A DNA stretch of 64,000 nucleotides, from the IMG/VR virus record IMGVR_UViG_3300019132_000012, positions 1 through 64,000 of that record; one strand, given 5' to 3'. Source of the DNA: a virus. Below, one piece after another: positions 1 to 7,608 of the stretch (its first letter is position 1; each line of letters starts with the position of its first letter). A program made the translations under genes and the position numbers. The notes under the pieces were generated by a model, which saw only the letters and a program-made list of their open reading frames with translations, was not told the DNA's origin and did not search any database.

Positions 1-1
1 T

Positions 2-45
2 CGGGGTGTAGCGCAGTCTGGTAGCGCATCTGCTTTGGGAGCCGA
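2..45 (+). tRNA. Partial tRNA-Pro(UGG): 5' acceptor arm, D-arm and anticodon stem-loop only. No T-arm or 3' end. Probable attachment-site remnant.
   Basis: cggggtg-ta-gcgc-agtctggta-gcgc-a-tctgc-tttggga folds as acceptor 5' strand, D stem-loop and anticodon loop with TGG. The following gccgatagtcaccctgcc gives a mismatched 3' anticodon stem and no GTTCGAATC-type T-loop. Confidence 0.6.
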
Positions 46-57
46 TAGTCACCCTGC

Positions 58-1248
58 CTATCCTGTTGATTTTCGTTGATTTTCCGCTTCGTCCTCAATT
101 GTGGTGTGGCTTGTGGTGTGACCTGGTGCATCGGCGTGAGCACCGCTGCCGCTTCCGGCGGCCACGCCCGCCTCGATCCCGGCCAGCACATCCTCATCCA
201 GGACATGCGCGTACCGCATGGTGGTGGCGATATCCTCGTGACGTAATACCGTCTGCACAACCTTCAGATTCTTGCTGCCCCGCAGGATGCGGGTGGCCGC
301 CGTATGACGCAGATCGTGGAAGCGGAAATCGAGGATTTTTGCAGTCTCGCGTTTGCGTCGAAACGTGGTCTTCAAACCCTCGTAGGTAATCGGATAGCGC
401 TGTCCGGCGATGCGGCGCTCGCCGATCTTCGGGATCGTGCGGGTGCGCTCGGCGATATAGGTGAACACGAATTCGGCGTGATGCCCGCGCAGCGGCCAGA
501 GAATGTCCCGCATGCTGGGCGCGAGCGGAATCGGCGCCCGCTTGTTGCCCTTGCCGGTGATCCAGACACGGCGATTGCCGAAATCGACGTCGCTCCAGCG
601 CAGCGAGCAGGCCTCGTCGAGGCGCAGACCGGCCACGATGCAGAAGCGGATGATCGGATGGTAGTCCGCCCGCAGGGCCGTAAAGAGGCGCTCTTCCTCG
701 TCGCCGTGCAGCTCGCGGGTTCGCTCCTTCGGCTCGTCGCGCAGCAGCTCCTTCCAGACGATCTTGCCGTGCGGCTGGTCGTGGACCTCGGCCGCATAGC
801 GCAGGATCCGCCTGAGCGGCTCGGTCACCGTCCGGTTGAGCGTCGCGTCCGAGACCCGCGTCCCTGCCTTCTTGCCGGGATCCTGGGCCCGCCTGGCGAT
901 CAGCTTGGCCACGAAGCCGGTGGTAATCTCGCGCAGCGGCGTGTCGTTGCCGACCTCCTTCTGCAGCCAGGTGAAGATCCCCTTGGTGTTGGCGTCGAAC
1001 TCGCCGTCGAGCCGCTCCTTGAAATACGCGGTCGCGGCCTGACCGAAGGTCCAGGGGGCACCGTTGGTCTCTCGCAGCCGCTTGATCTCCTCGCGGGCTT
1101 TCTCCTTCTCGCGGGCTTCTACCCGTTTGGCCGCCCGTTCCGACGTTTCACCTGTATTGCCTGAAAATCGACGACCCCCGAGTTCAAAGCTGTAGGAGTA
1201 CGTTTCCGCTTTTTTGCCGTTCCTTCCGGTTTTCCGGTAGACTGCCAT
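58..1248 (-). CDS. int: Tyrosine-type phage integrase
   Basis: 396 aa ORF. C-terminus has HDLRHTAATRILR ... LRHEDIATTMRYAHV (tyrosine-recombinase H-x-x-R and catalytic Tyr boxes). It abuts the tRNA fragment. Confidence 0.9.
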   Translation of the reverse strand: MAVYRKTGRNGKKAETYSYSFELGGRRFSGNTGETSERAAKRVEAREKEKAREEIKRLRETNGAPWTFGQAATAYFKERLDGEFDANTKGIFTWLQKEVGNDTPLREITTGFVAKLIARRAQDPGKKAGTRVSDATLNRTVTEPLRRILRYAAEVHDQPHGKIVWKELLRDEPKERTRELHGDEEERLFTALRADYHPIIRFCIVAGLRLDEACSLRWSDVDFGNRRVWITGKGNKRAPIPLAPSMRDILWPLRGHHAEFVFTYIAERTRTIPKIGERRIAGQRYPITYEGLKTTFRRKRETAKILDFRFHDLRHTAATRILRGSKNLKVVQTVLRHEDIATTMRYAHVLDEDVLAGIEAGVAAGSGSGAHADAPGHTTSHTTIEDEAENQRKSTG

Positions 1249-1436
1249 TGGCGCCTCTTGGTGATGAAAGCATTCAGATCGTCAGGGTGGATGCGCCGAG
1301 ACTTGCGCATGGTCCCGCTGCCGACAGGGACAGACGGGATGTCGCCGGACTGTATCAGGTTGAGAATCGTCTTGCGACTTGCGCCCAGGATCTCGGCGGC
1401 CTCGGCGAGGGTGAGGAGTTTGAGTACGGCGGTCAT
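1119..1436 (-). CDS. xis: Excisionase / MerR-like HTH DNA-binding protein
   Basis: N-terminus LTLAEAAEILGASRKTILNLIQSGDIPSVPVG is an excisionase-type HTH. ATGA coupling to the upstream gene. The 3' end overlaps int by about 130 nt, so the true end is uncertain. Confidence 0.65.
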   Translation of the reverse strand: MTAVLKLLTLAEAAEILGASRKTILNLIQSGDIPSVPVGSGTMRKSRRIHPDDLNAFITKRRQWQSTGKPEGTAKKRKRTPTALNSGVVDFQAIQVKRRNGRPNG

Positions 1437-1780
1437 TTCGTCTTCCCGAACACGGACTCGATGGTGTGCTCCTCACGCTCCAGCCGGTCGGTCTTGGTCG
1501 TGCCCCTGGGGGCGCGATAGACCCTCGGCTGCTGGACCTGCGCGCGTCTGGCGACGAATTCCTGCACGTCATGGGCCCTGTTGAGCTTCGACACCAGCAC
1601 CTTGAAGCCTGCCAGCTCGGCCTCAGTCTTGGCGTTCGGGCCGGTGAAGATCCGTACCTGTCCGCCCTGGGTGACCCACTGGGGCGGCTCGCCGGGGATG
1701 GCGTAGGAGCCGAGATAGGCACCGGGGATGTCCCGGTGCCCAATCGCGGTGGAGTAAAACGACTTGGCGGGTTTGCTCAT
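1433..1780 (-). CDS. Hypothetical protein (115 aa)
   Basis: Internal ATG (MSKPAKSFY...) of the 291 aa track ORF. The upstream part of that ORF is Arg/Pro-rich shadow sequence overlapping the transglycosylase gene. ATGA overlaps at both ends. Confidence 0.5.
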   Translation of the reverse strand: MSKPAKSFYSTAIGHRDIPGAYLGSYAIPGEPPQWVTQGGQVRIFTGPNAKTEAELAGFKVLVSKLNRAHDVQEFVARRAQVQQPRVYRAPRGTTKTDRLEREEHTIESVFGKTK

Positions 1781-2229
1781 GACTCTCCCTTGGCGTAGGT
1801 GAGAACCTTGCGGCAGTAAGCCGAGCGGACGGCGCGGGCGTAGATCCCCCGGTTGTAGAGGGTCGCCGCGCCGCACCAGTCGCCGTCTGCCCTGTCGAGG
1901 GCCAGCGCCAGGTAGCGCATCCCAGCCTCGACGCCGGTCCTGCAGTCCTTGAGATTGCCGTGGATGCCGACGCCTCGGGCCGTGCGGGGCAGCACCTGCA
2001 TGGCTCCGGTGGCGTTGGATGAGCGATTGACGGCCTTGCAGTCGTAGCCGCTCTCGACCTTGACGACCCCATGGGCGAGCGCCACGGGGACGCCGTGCTT
2101 CCTGGCCTTCTCGGTCACGATTGCGCGGACGTCGGGTTTCGGATTTGCATTCACAGCGTTCGTATGCGCTTGATTGCAAGCAACGAGCAAGAGCGAGATC
2201 GCTCCCACAGCGATGGATTGGAGTCTCAA
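1777..2229 (-). CDS. Lytic transglycosylase (SLT domain) lipoprotein
   Basis: Signal peptide with lipobox LLLVAC. VKVESGYD ... ATGAMQV matches the SLT catalytic Glu-Ser and GxMQ motifs. TTG start preceded by AGGAAG. Confidence 0.75.
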   Translation of the reverse strand: MRLQSIAVGAISLLLVACNQAHTNAVNANPKPDVRAIVTEKARKHGVPVALAHGVVKVESGYDCKAVNRSSNATGAMQVLPRTARGVGIHGNLKDCRTGVEAGMRYLALALDRADGDWCGAATLYNRGIYARAVRSAYCRKVLTYAKGES

Positions 2230-2332
2230 AATGTAACTTCCTGCGGTTCAGATCAGGCCCCGGTCGTGCGGTAACCCCACACGACCGAAGCGATGAAGAG
2301 GATCGCAAGGATCCAGGCGATCCACTCCGGCA

Positions 2333-3733
2333 TCACACGGCGACCGGCGCCGAGATGCGTTCGTGGGACTCGTAGCCGACGAGCACGACGTCGTCGGCGG
2401 TGATGGTGTCGATGGTGAAGGGGCGCTTGGCGAAGCCGATGCGCGGCAGACGGAGCGGCTCGCGGTTGAGCTGCTGTTTCACCTGCACCATGTGGTTGTT
2501 GTAGATGTGCCCGTCGCCGATGGTGTGGACGAACTCACCGGCCTGCAGACCTGTCAGCCGAGCGATGATCTCGGTGAGCAGGGCATACGAGGCGATGTTG
2601 AACGGCACGCCCAGGAAGGCATCGGCCGAGCGCTGATAGAGCTGGCACGACAGCTTGCCGTTGGCGACGTAGAACTGGAACATCATGTGGCAGGGCGGCA
2701 GCGCCATCTTGTCGACTTCGGCCGGGTTCCAGGCCGAGACGACAAGGCGGCGGCTGTCGGGATTGCGCTTGATCTCCTCGATCACCCACTTGAGCTGATC
2801 ATAGGTCGATCCATCAACACCGTGCCACGAGCGCCATTGAGCCCCATACACTCGACCCAGATCACCATCCTCAATCAACTCCAGACGAGGCAGATAATCT
2901 GGAACGTCCAGTTCAGTGAACTCCCATCCCGCAAAAGACTTGTTGTTGCCCTTGAGGGTGGACGGAACGCCTTCCTTCACGAAACGACTCAAGGTCGATG
3001 TCGGCATGCCGATGCGACGGGATGCTTCGGCTTGGCTCAGATAGAGGCGCTTGATGCCGTCACCATCCACAACGCTGACGGGCTTGGCCGACTTCGTGTA
3101 GAGATTGTTCTCGTCTGTGCGGAGCCAGACCGATGTCTCGGGACCATACTGACGGGAGCCGTAATAGTCCTTGTCCAGCTCGAACTCGTCCCAGTTCTTC
3201 TGCTTGTACCACCAGTGAGGGATCTTCTTCACGCCCTCGATAAAGGCGCGGGGATCATGCCATGACGGATGAACCGACACACCATTTGCTCCATAGAGAT
3301 CGAAACGGTGATAGTTTTCATCGTAGCAGCGCCGCATCATACGGACCCAGGTATCTGCGAGCTTACGATCTTCGCCTTCCGGTAGGTTCAGACCGGCATA
3401 GCTGAAATCACCCGTATAAGGGGCGTATTCGGCCTCCTTTGGCGTAACCCACACCATGTTGCGGTCGAAGTTGTACGGACGACGCCACTCGTCCCAGATC
3501 GTGACGCCGTTGTCGTTCAGGTACTTGATGTTGGTGTCGCCGCGCAGGAACCAGATCAGCTCGTGCAGGATCGATTTGAAATGCACCTTCTTCGTGGTGA
3601 CCAGCGGAAATCCCTTCGAGAGGTCAAAGCGCATCTGGTAGCCGAAGATCGATCTCGTGCCGGTGCCGGTGCGATCAGACTTGTCGACGCCGTTGACGAG
3701 GATGTGCTGTAGAAAATCGTGATACTGCTTCAT
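2333..3733 (-). CDS. thyA: Thymidylate synthase ThyA with an in-frame insertion of about 206 aa
   Basis: MKQYHDFLQHIL..DRTGTGT..IWDEW then, after the insert, GDLGRVYGAQWRSW..SAWNPAEVDKMALPPCH..YQRSADAFLGVPFNIASYALL..GDGHIYNNH. These are all canonical ThyA blocks. Start taken at MKQYHD; the 98 aa upstream extension in the track looks like shadow sequence. Confidence 0.9.
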   Translation of the reverse strand: MKQYHDFLQHILVNGVDKSDRTGTGTRSIFGYQMRFDLSKGFPLVTTKKVHFKSILHELIWFLRGDTNIKYLNDNGVTIWDEWRRPYNFDRNMVWVTPKEAEYAPYTGDFSYAGLNLPEGEDRKLADTWVRMMRRCYDENYHRFDLYGANGVSVHPSWHDPRAFIEGVKKIPHWWYKQKNWDEFELDKDYYGSRQYGPETSVWLRTDENNLYTKSAKPVSVVDGDGIKRLYLSQAEASRRIGMPTSTLSRFVKEGVPSTLKGNNKSFAGWEFTELDVPDYLPRLELIEDGDLGRVYGAQWRSWHGVDGSTYDQLKWVIEEIKRNPDSRRLVVSAWNPAEVDKMALPPCHMMFQFYVANGKLSCQLYQRSADAFLGVPFNIASYALLTEIIARLTGLQAGEFVHTIGDGHIYNNHMVQVKQQLNREPLRLPRIGFAKRPFTIDTITADDVVLVGYESHERISAPVAV

Positions 3734-4119
3734 GCGGTTGGATCCGTCAGGGTTCCGAGGTTGAGGAACACGTCGGCAGGGCCGTCGTATTCGATGTGCG
3801 TGATGAAGGAACGGCGCACGAAGGGCATGAAGGCCCGGTAGGTCTTGGCGCCGCCTGCGATCCAGATGTCCCGCTTGGGGTCCATCTCGGTGAGGGTCTT
3901 GATCAGCCCTTCGGGATCGATGTCCCGGCGCCAGCCGACGAGGAGTCGGCCTTCGAGGGAAGGGACATGGGATAGGGTGTTGCCACCCATGATCACGAAG
4001 CCGTTCATGGTCATTTTCTTGAACCACTTCAGGTCTTCGGCATCATGCCAGGGCAGCTTGCCCATCAGCCCGAGCTGGCCCGACTTCCCGACCGCTGCGA
4101 TCAGGTTGACGCTGCCCAT
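3730..4119 (-). CDS. folA: Dihydrofolate reductase (short form, 129 aa)
   Basis: VNLIAAVGKSGQLGLMGKLPWHDAEDLKWFKKMTMNGFVIMGGNT matches the DHFR IGxxGxLPW / MGrkT pattern. Overlaps the thyA start (ATGA-type coupling). Confidence 0.8.
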   Translation of the reverse strand: MGSVNLIAAVGKSGQLGLMGKLPWHDAEDLKWFKKMTMNGFVIMGGNTLSHVPSLEGRLLVGWRRDIDPEGLIKTLTEMDPKRDIWIAGGAKTYRAFMPFVRRSFITHIEYDGPADVFLNLGTLTDPTA

Positions 4120-4400
4120 CAGGCAGCTTCCTTGATGGATCGGAGCGAGAAGAATCCGTCGTATTGTGGATTGTTCTGCATCCAGAGCCGTGCGTAATAG
4201 GCGGTGTAGTGATCGTTGATCTTGAACTGCCGGTCGGTCGTGACGACAGAGGTTTCCCACCGGATCCGATGCAGGATCGCGTCGGAGGAAAATCGCTTGT
4301 AGCCCCGCCTGATCACCTCTCGGGTGAAACGGTCGAACAGCTCGTAGACCTGCGGATTGTCAGCATGGAACTGCTGAAATCTTTGCTCGATCTCGTTCAT
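4119..4400 (-). CDS. Hypothetical protein (93 aa)
   Basis: Internal start MNEIEQRFQQFH. TGATG coupling to the DHFR gene. Protein-like composition, unlike the upstream part of the track ORF. Confidence 0.6.
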   Translation of the reverse strand: MNEIEQRFQQFHADNPQVYELFDRFTREVIRRGYKRFSSDAILHRIRWETSVVTTDRQFKINDHYTAYYARLWMQNNPQYDGFFSLRSIKEAA

Positions 4401-4891
4401 TTGCGTTTGTCCTTTTGAATTCGCGCAAGTGCTTCGAGGAGTTTTTCCTTGGCTTTTTCCTTCCAGCGTCGAGCCGTCAGCTCGGCCAGTCGTTCGACCG
4501 TGTAGTCGGTCATGCCGTCTGGAAATTCGTCGCCGAAGAGCCTCGTGGCGATACTCTGACGGTCCAACTCGACGTAGGCGACGACCTCTCGGCTCATGGT
4601 CATGGGATTGTCGCTGAAGTAGGCTCTGGCCAGAATGTCGGGGATGCCGATGCGCTTGGCATCGTTCTGGAGGTAGTTGTCCAGCTCCCGCTCCATATGG
4701 AGAACGGCCTCCCGCATCTCCATGACGCGGATGCCTCGGGCTGCGACCTCGTCGAGGGCGGCGTGGTAGCGCCACCGCATGACAAAGGGCCAATGTCGGT
4801 TGAACCAATCCTCAACCGGCTTGATCAGCCTGACGCCCAGATCCGTGGTCCATTCGGTGTAGAACCGCATGGTTCTCCGGGTGAGGGTCAT
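4397..4891 (-). CDS. Hypothetical protein (164 aa)
   Basis: ORF with normal composition. ATG overlaps the stop of the upstream gene. Confidence 0.6.
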   Translation of the reverse strand: MTLTRRTMRFYTEWTTDLGVRLIKPVEDWFNRHWPFVMRWRYHAALDEVAARGIRVMEMREAVLHMERELDNYLQNDAKRIGIPDILARAYFSDNPMTMSREVVAYVELDRQSIATRLFGDEFPDGMTDYTVERLAELTARRWKEKAKEKLLEALARIQKDKRK

Positions 4892-5079
4892 CAACCCCTC
4901 CGCTTGGAGGCGCTGCCGCCCTTGCGACCAGCCGTCGAGGCGAGTTCGCGGCTCTGGGAAAAGCTGCGGTTTTCCGGCTTGACCGACAGGCCGCCCTTGC
5001 GGGCGATCTCGGCGCGGCGTTCCGGCGACATTGCGGCGAAGCCTCTCTTGCTCTTGGCTTGGTCAGGTGTGGTGTTCAT
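4891..5079 (-). CDS. KGG-repeat small stress-protein-like protein (62 aa)
   Basis: GFAAMSPERRAEIARKGG ... GRKGG resembles KGG-repeat general stress proteins. Start at MNTTPDQ is preceded by AAGGAG. Confidence 0.55.
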   Translation of the reverse strand: MNTTPDQAKSKRGFAAMSPERRAEIARKGGLSVKPENRSFSQSRELASTAGRKGGSASKRRG

Positions 5080-5090
5080 GCACTTTCTCC

Positions 5091-5148
5091 TTTGCATTTC
5101 GATTAGCGGTCTATTTGCATTCAAGCAATCGTTAAGTTGCAATCAAGG
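5091..5148 (-). promoter_or_regulatory. Intergenic motif cluster; candidate promoter TTGCTT-N17-TAATCG in gene sense
   Basis: Plus strand tttgcatttc..ctatttgcattcaagcaatc..ttgcaatcaagg. Gene sense reads CCTTGATTGCA..TTGCTTGAATGCAAAT..AAATGCAAAGGAG. Confidence 0.5.
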
Positions 5149-5607
5149 GTCCAGGAACGACAGGCGCGGCAGACTGACGCCCCGGTCGTTCACCACGATC
5201 TTCTCGTCGCGAGGATCGGGTGTAGTGCGGCTCCGGTGCTCCATCATGGCGATGTAGGCACGGCGCTCCACGGACTTGCGCTGCCGTTCGCGCAGATCGC
5301 GCTGTCTCGCCCGCTCGGATTTCTCTTCGGGAGACATGCGCTTCGGAACGCGAACCGGCATCGTCTTCTGCGGCAGCGGGGAGGGTGGCGTTGGTGGCCG
5401 GTCCTGTTTCCGTTTCGTGGTACGGCCCTCAGAGCGGAAGCGTTCCCAGTGGAGCTTCTGATTGCTGATGGGCAGCTTCAATCCTTTGCAGGCACGACTG
5501 ACCGAGGCTTTGCTCTTGCCGAGCCTCTCGCCGATCATCTCGTAGGTGCCGAAGCCCTCCAGGTAGAGGCGGCGGGCCTCGGCAAACCAATCAGGATCTT
5601 GCTTCAT
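5143..5607 (-). CDS. HTH-containing DNA-binding protein (154 aa)
   Basis: N-terminus RRLYLEGFGTYEMIGERLGKSKASVSRACKGL looks like a sigma-region-4/resolvase-type HTH. Basic C-terminus. Confidence 0.55.
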   Translation of the reverse strand: MKQDPDWFAEARRLYLEGFGTYEMIGERLGKSKASVSRACKGLKLPISNQKLHWERFRSEGRTTKRKQDRPPTPPSPLPQKTMPVRVPKRMSPEEKSERARQRDLRERQRKSVERRAYIAMMEHRSRTTPDPRDEKIVVNDRGVSLPRLSFLDP

Positions 5608-6091
5608 TGCCGTCGTCTACTTCGACTGATTGAATCAATCGCACAAACTCCACGACTTCTTCGTGAGACCGTGTGTGCTTCATGCGGTTGATTGCGTTGC
5701 ACACGAACTGAACGTTGCCGGGTATGTATCCGATGCTGCTGTCGATCCTATCGAGTGATGGTGCGGCCATCGACCTTACCGTGCTGCGTGACATGTCGAA
5801 CTTCACGCCTGTGTAGGCACAGCGCCCTTCTTGCTTGACCCATAGGTCTTGCAGGTACTCGTCAGTGAGATCAAAACCGACCTTCTTTCCGTTGGTATTC
5901 CTTCGACTATCGCCGAGCAGCTTCCGAACGTAGATCTTGGCCGGAATTTCAGCCTTCGAGCGACGCTTGTTCGCGCAAGTGATTGAGCAGCATTGCTCAT
6001 GTGGAGAGAGGCGCGTCTTTCGGCGCACCTCTGCTTCACGACGCTCAAAGTTTTCGCCGCAATGAGCGCAACGTAACTTGATCGTCTTCAA
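5591..6091 (-). CDS. HNH-family (DRID-type) endonuclease-like protein with N-terminal Cys cluster
   Basis: CAHCG...CCSITC then SLDRIDSSIGYIPGNVQFVCNAINRMK, typical of phage HNH_3-like nucleases. TTG start after GAGG. Visibly lower GC. Confidence 0.6.
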   Translation of the reverse strand: MKTIKLRCAHCGENFERREAEVRRKTRLSPHEQCCSITCANKRRSKAEIPAKIYVRKLLGDSRRNTNGKKVGFDLTDEYLQDLWVKQEGRCAYTGVKFDMSRSTVRSMAAPSLDRIDSSIGYIPGNVQFVCNAINRMKHTRSHEEVVEFVRLIQSVEVDDGNEARS

Positions 6092-6100
6092 AGTAAAACC

Positions 6101-6616
6101 TCACTGGTTTACGGTGATAACGAGCGGCTCAGTACGCAACCTCAGAGGTTTATCACTATAGAGATATTTCCCATTCCACTGCCGGTACTCACCGTTGCTG
6201 TTCCAGTAGAAGATGTATTCGCCTGACGAGCCGTGCGTGCCTTCGTCGGACGGTGCCGGAACCGCGACGTAGGTGTCGGCGAGACTCGGTCCCTGATTGA
6301 ATTTTTTGATCTGGATCGGATCGGTGAGGCGCTTCGAGCCCGAGGTGATCTTGCCTTTCACGCCCTCGTACATGATCGGCTGACCGGCCTCGTTCATGAG
6401 CAGGATAAAGCCGATCATCCCCGGCTTCGAGGTCAGCTCGATGCGGTTCTTGATGTTGTCGATCTCGGCGTTATCCGTGAAGGTGATCGAGTTGGCGGCA
6501 GCGCGGGCCTTCTCGGCCTGCACGTTCTTCGCAGGCTGAGCGGCGGGCTGGCTATTGCAAGCAGCGACCGCCAGCATCAAGGGGAGAGCGAGGAGAGTGA
6601 GAAACTTCTTCATCAT
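6101..6616 (-). CDS. Lipoprotein, unknown function (171 aa)
   Basis: MMKKFLTLLALPLMLAVAAC is a signal peptide plus lipobox. Lower GC. Confidence 0.7.
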   Translation of the reverse strand: MMKKFLTLLALPLMLAVAACNSQPAAQPAKNVQAEKARAAANSITFTDNAEIDNIKNRIELTSKPGMIGFILLMNEAGQPIMYEGVKGKITSGSKRLTDPIQIKKFNQGPSLADTYVAVPAPSDEGTHGSSGEYIFYWNSNGEYRQWNGKYLYSDKPLRLRTEPLVITVNQ

Positions 6617-6619
6617 GTG

Positions 6620-7039
6620 TTACTCGCAGATGGCCGGTTCGAGATAGGACGGAGACTCGCCTTGGAAGATCGACTTGTTCATCTTCTCGGCATTGGCGTT
6701 GTACTTGCCGACGAGATCGCGACAGCCTTGCTGGATCGCCGACAGCTCGATGCGGAGCCGCGATTTTTCGGCCGCGTCTGTGGTGTCGGCCAGGATCTTC
6801 TTGTGACCGGCGATCTGGGCGACGCGGGCCTTCACCTGGTTGTGGGCGTCCTTGAAGAACTCGTAAGACGCGATCACGCTGTCGGTCTCCATCGTCTTGG
6901 AGATGACACGGCCTGGCGCGGTCGCGACGGATGTGAGGGTCATGAGCGAGCTGCCGACGAACCCGAGGATCGCGACGCCGATCAGGATCGCGATGCCGAG
7001 GCCGACGATTTTCCAGAAATCTTTCACTTGGTCCTCCAT
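6620..7039 (-). CDS. N-terminally membrane-anchored protein, weakly LemA-like (139 aa)
   Basis: One TM helix (IVGLGIAILIGVAILGFVGSSL). C-terminal LVGKYNANAEKMNKSIF is reminiscent of the LemA YN..N..FP segment, a weak match. Confidence 0.6.
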   Translation of the reverse strand: MEDQVKDFWKIVGLGIAILIGVAILGFVGSSLMTLTSVATAPGRVISKTMETDSVIASYEFFKDAHNQVKARVAQIAGHKKILADTTDAAEKSRLRIELSAIQQGCRDLVGKYNANAEKMNKSIFQGESPSYLEPAICE

Positions 7040-7066
7040 TAGAACGGCCGCCCAGCAGGACGACCG

Positions 7067-7111
7067 ATTTGCATTTGCCTTATCATGTCATTTGAATTCA
7101 TGCAATCAAGG
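7067..7111 (-). promoter_or_regulatory. Intergenic motif cluster; candidate promoter TTGCAT-N17-TAAGGC in gene sense
   Basis: atttgcatttgcc..atttgaattcatgcaatcaagg. Shares CCTTGATTGCA and AAATGCAAA boxes with the 5091-5148 cluster. Confidence 0.5.
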
Positions 7112-7250
7112 ATTTAAGGTCGATAGCAACCGCCACGACCAGCGCCAGGGCGGCCGGGACGATCAGCCAGGCCCAGCCAGGTTCATCCGCCGAGATGCGG
7201 GCCGCCATGACACCCAGGAGGGCGCCGCTTGCCAGATACAGCGCACCCAT
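7098..7250 (-). CDS. Small hydrophobic protein (50 aa), translationally coupled
   Basis: MGALYLASGALLGVMAARISADEPGWAWLIVPAALALVVAVAIDLKSLIA. ATG overlaps the mazG stop (TGATG). Two predicted TM segments. Below the track cutoff. Confidence 0.4.
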   Translation of the reverse strand: MGALYLASGALLGVMAARISADEPGWAWLIVPAALALVVAVAIDLKSLIA

Positions 7251-7597
7251 CAGCGATTGTCCCCTGAGCCCTGCAGCACGCCACGCTCCTGTCGATTGGC
7301 GAGCTTATCGATATTTGCCAAGGCTACATCGCCGAGGTTGATTCCGAAGTCTCGGGCCAGAGCGGCGACATACCAAAGAACGTCACCTAGTTCTTTCTTG
7401 ATCGCCTCGACGAATGCGGGATCGGTAAAATCCCCATCGGCGTCACGAAGCTGCTTCCCCAGCTTCTCAGAGACCTCGCCAGCCTCACCGGCTAGCTTGA
7501 AGCCTGGATAGAAGATGGGATGTTTGTAGATTGCCGTCTTCATGGCGGCCTGCTGGTAAGTGTCGAAACCCGCCAGGATTGCAGTTCTGTCGCTCAC
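7250..7597 (-). CDS. mazG: MazG-like nucleoside triphosphate pyrophosphohydrolase
   Basis: KLAGEAGEVSEKLGK ... ELGDVLWYVAALARDFGINL is the MazG EExxE/ELGD core. Confidence 0.85.
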   Translation of the reverse strand: MSDRTAILAGFDTYQQAAMKTAIYKHPIFYPGFKLAGEAGEVSEKLGKQLRDADGDFTDPAFVEAIKKELGDVLWYVAALARDFGINLGDVALANIDKLANRQERGVLQGSGDNR

Positions 7598-7608
7598 TTG
7601 TTTCTCCT

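Noticed and set aside
1119-1248. The 130-nt overlap between xis and int as a recoding signal
   Set aside because: It is more likely that the excisionase simply lacks an early stop and has a dispensable basic tail. No slippery sequence was seen. Noted in the feature only.
2867-3484. Intein or group I intron as the explanation for the ThyA insertion
   Set aside because: Not supported as the primary call. The junction residues lack intein hallmarks (no Cys/Ser/Thr at +1, no terminal His-Asn). The whole insert is open and in frame with both flanks, leaving no obvious room for an intron ribozyme core. It is kept only as an alternative in the finding.
3734-4027. 98-aa N-terminal extension of the ThyA ORF in the track. 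Similar upstream extensions occur at 1433..2308, 3730..4260, 4119..4808, 19821..20483, 29360..30205, 51018..51539 and elsewhere.
   Set aside because: The extensions overlap the upstream gene in another frame and are Arg/Pro/His-rich. Internal ATG/GTG starts coincide with RBSs or stop-start overlaps and with the beginning of the conserved domain.
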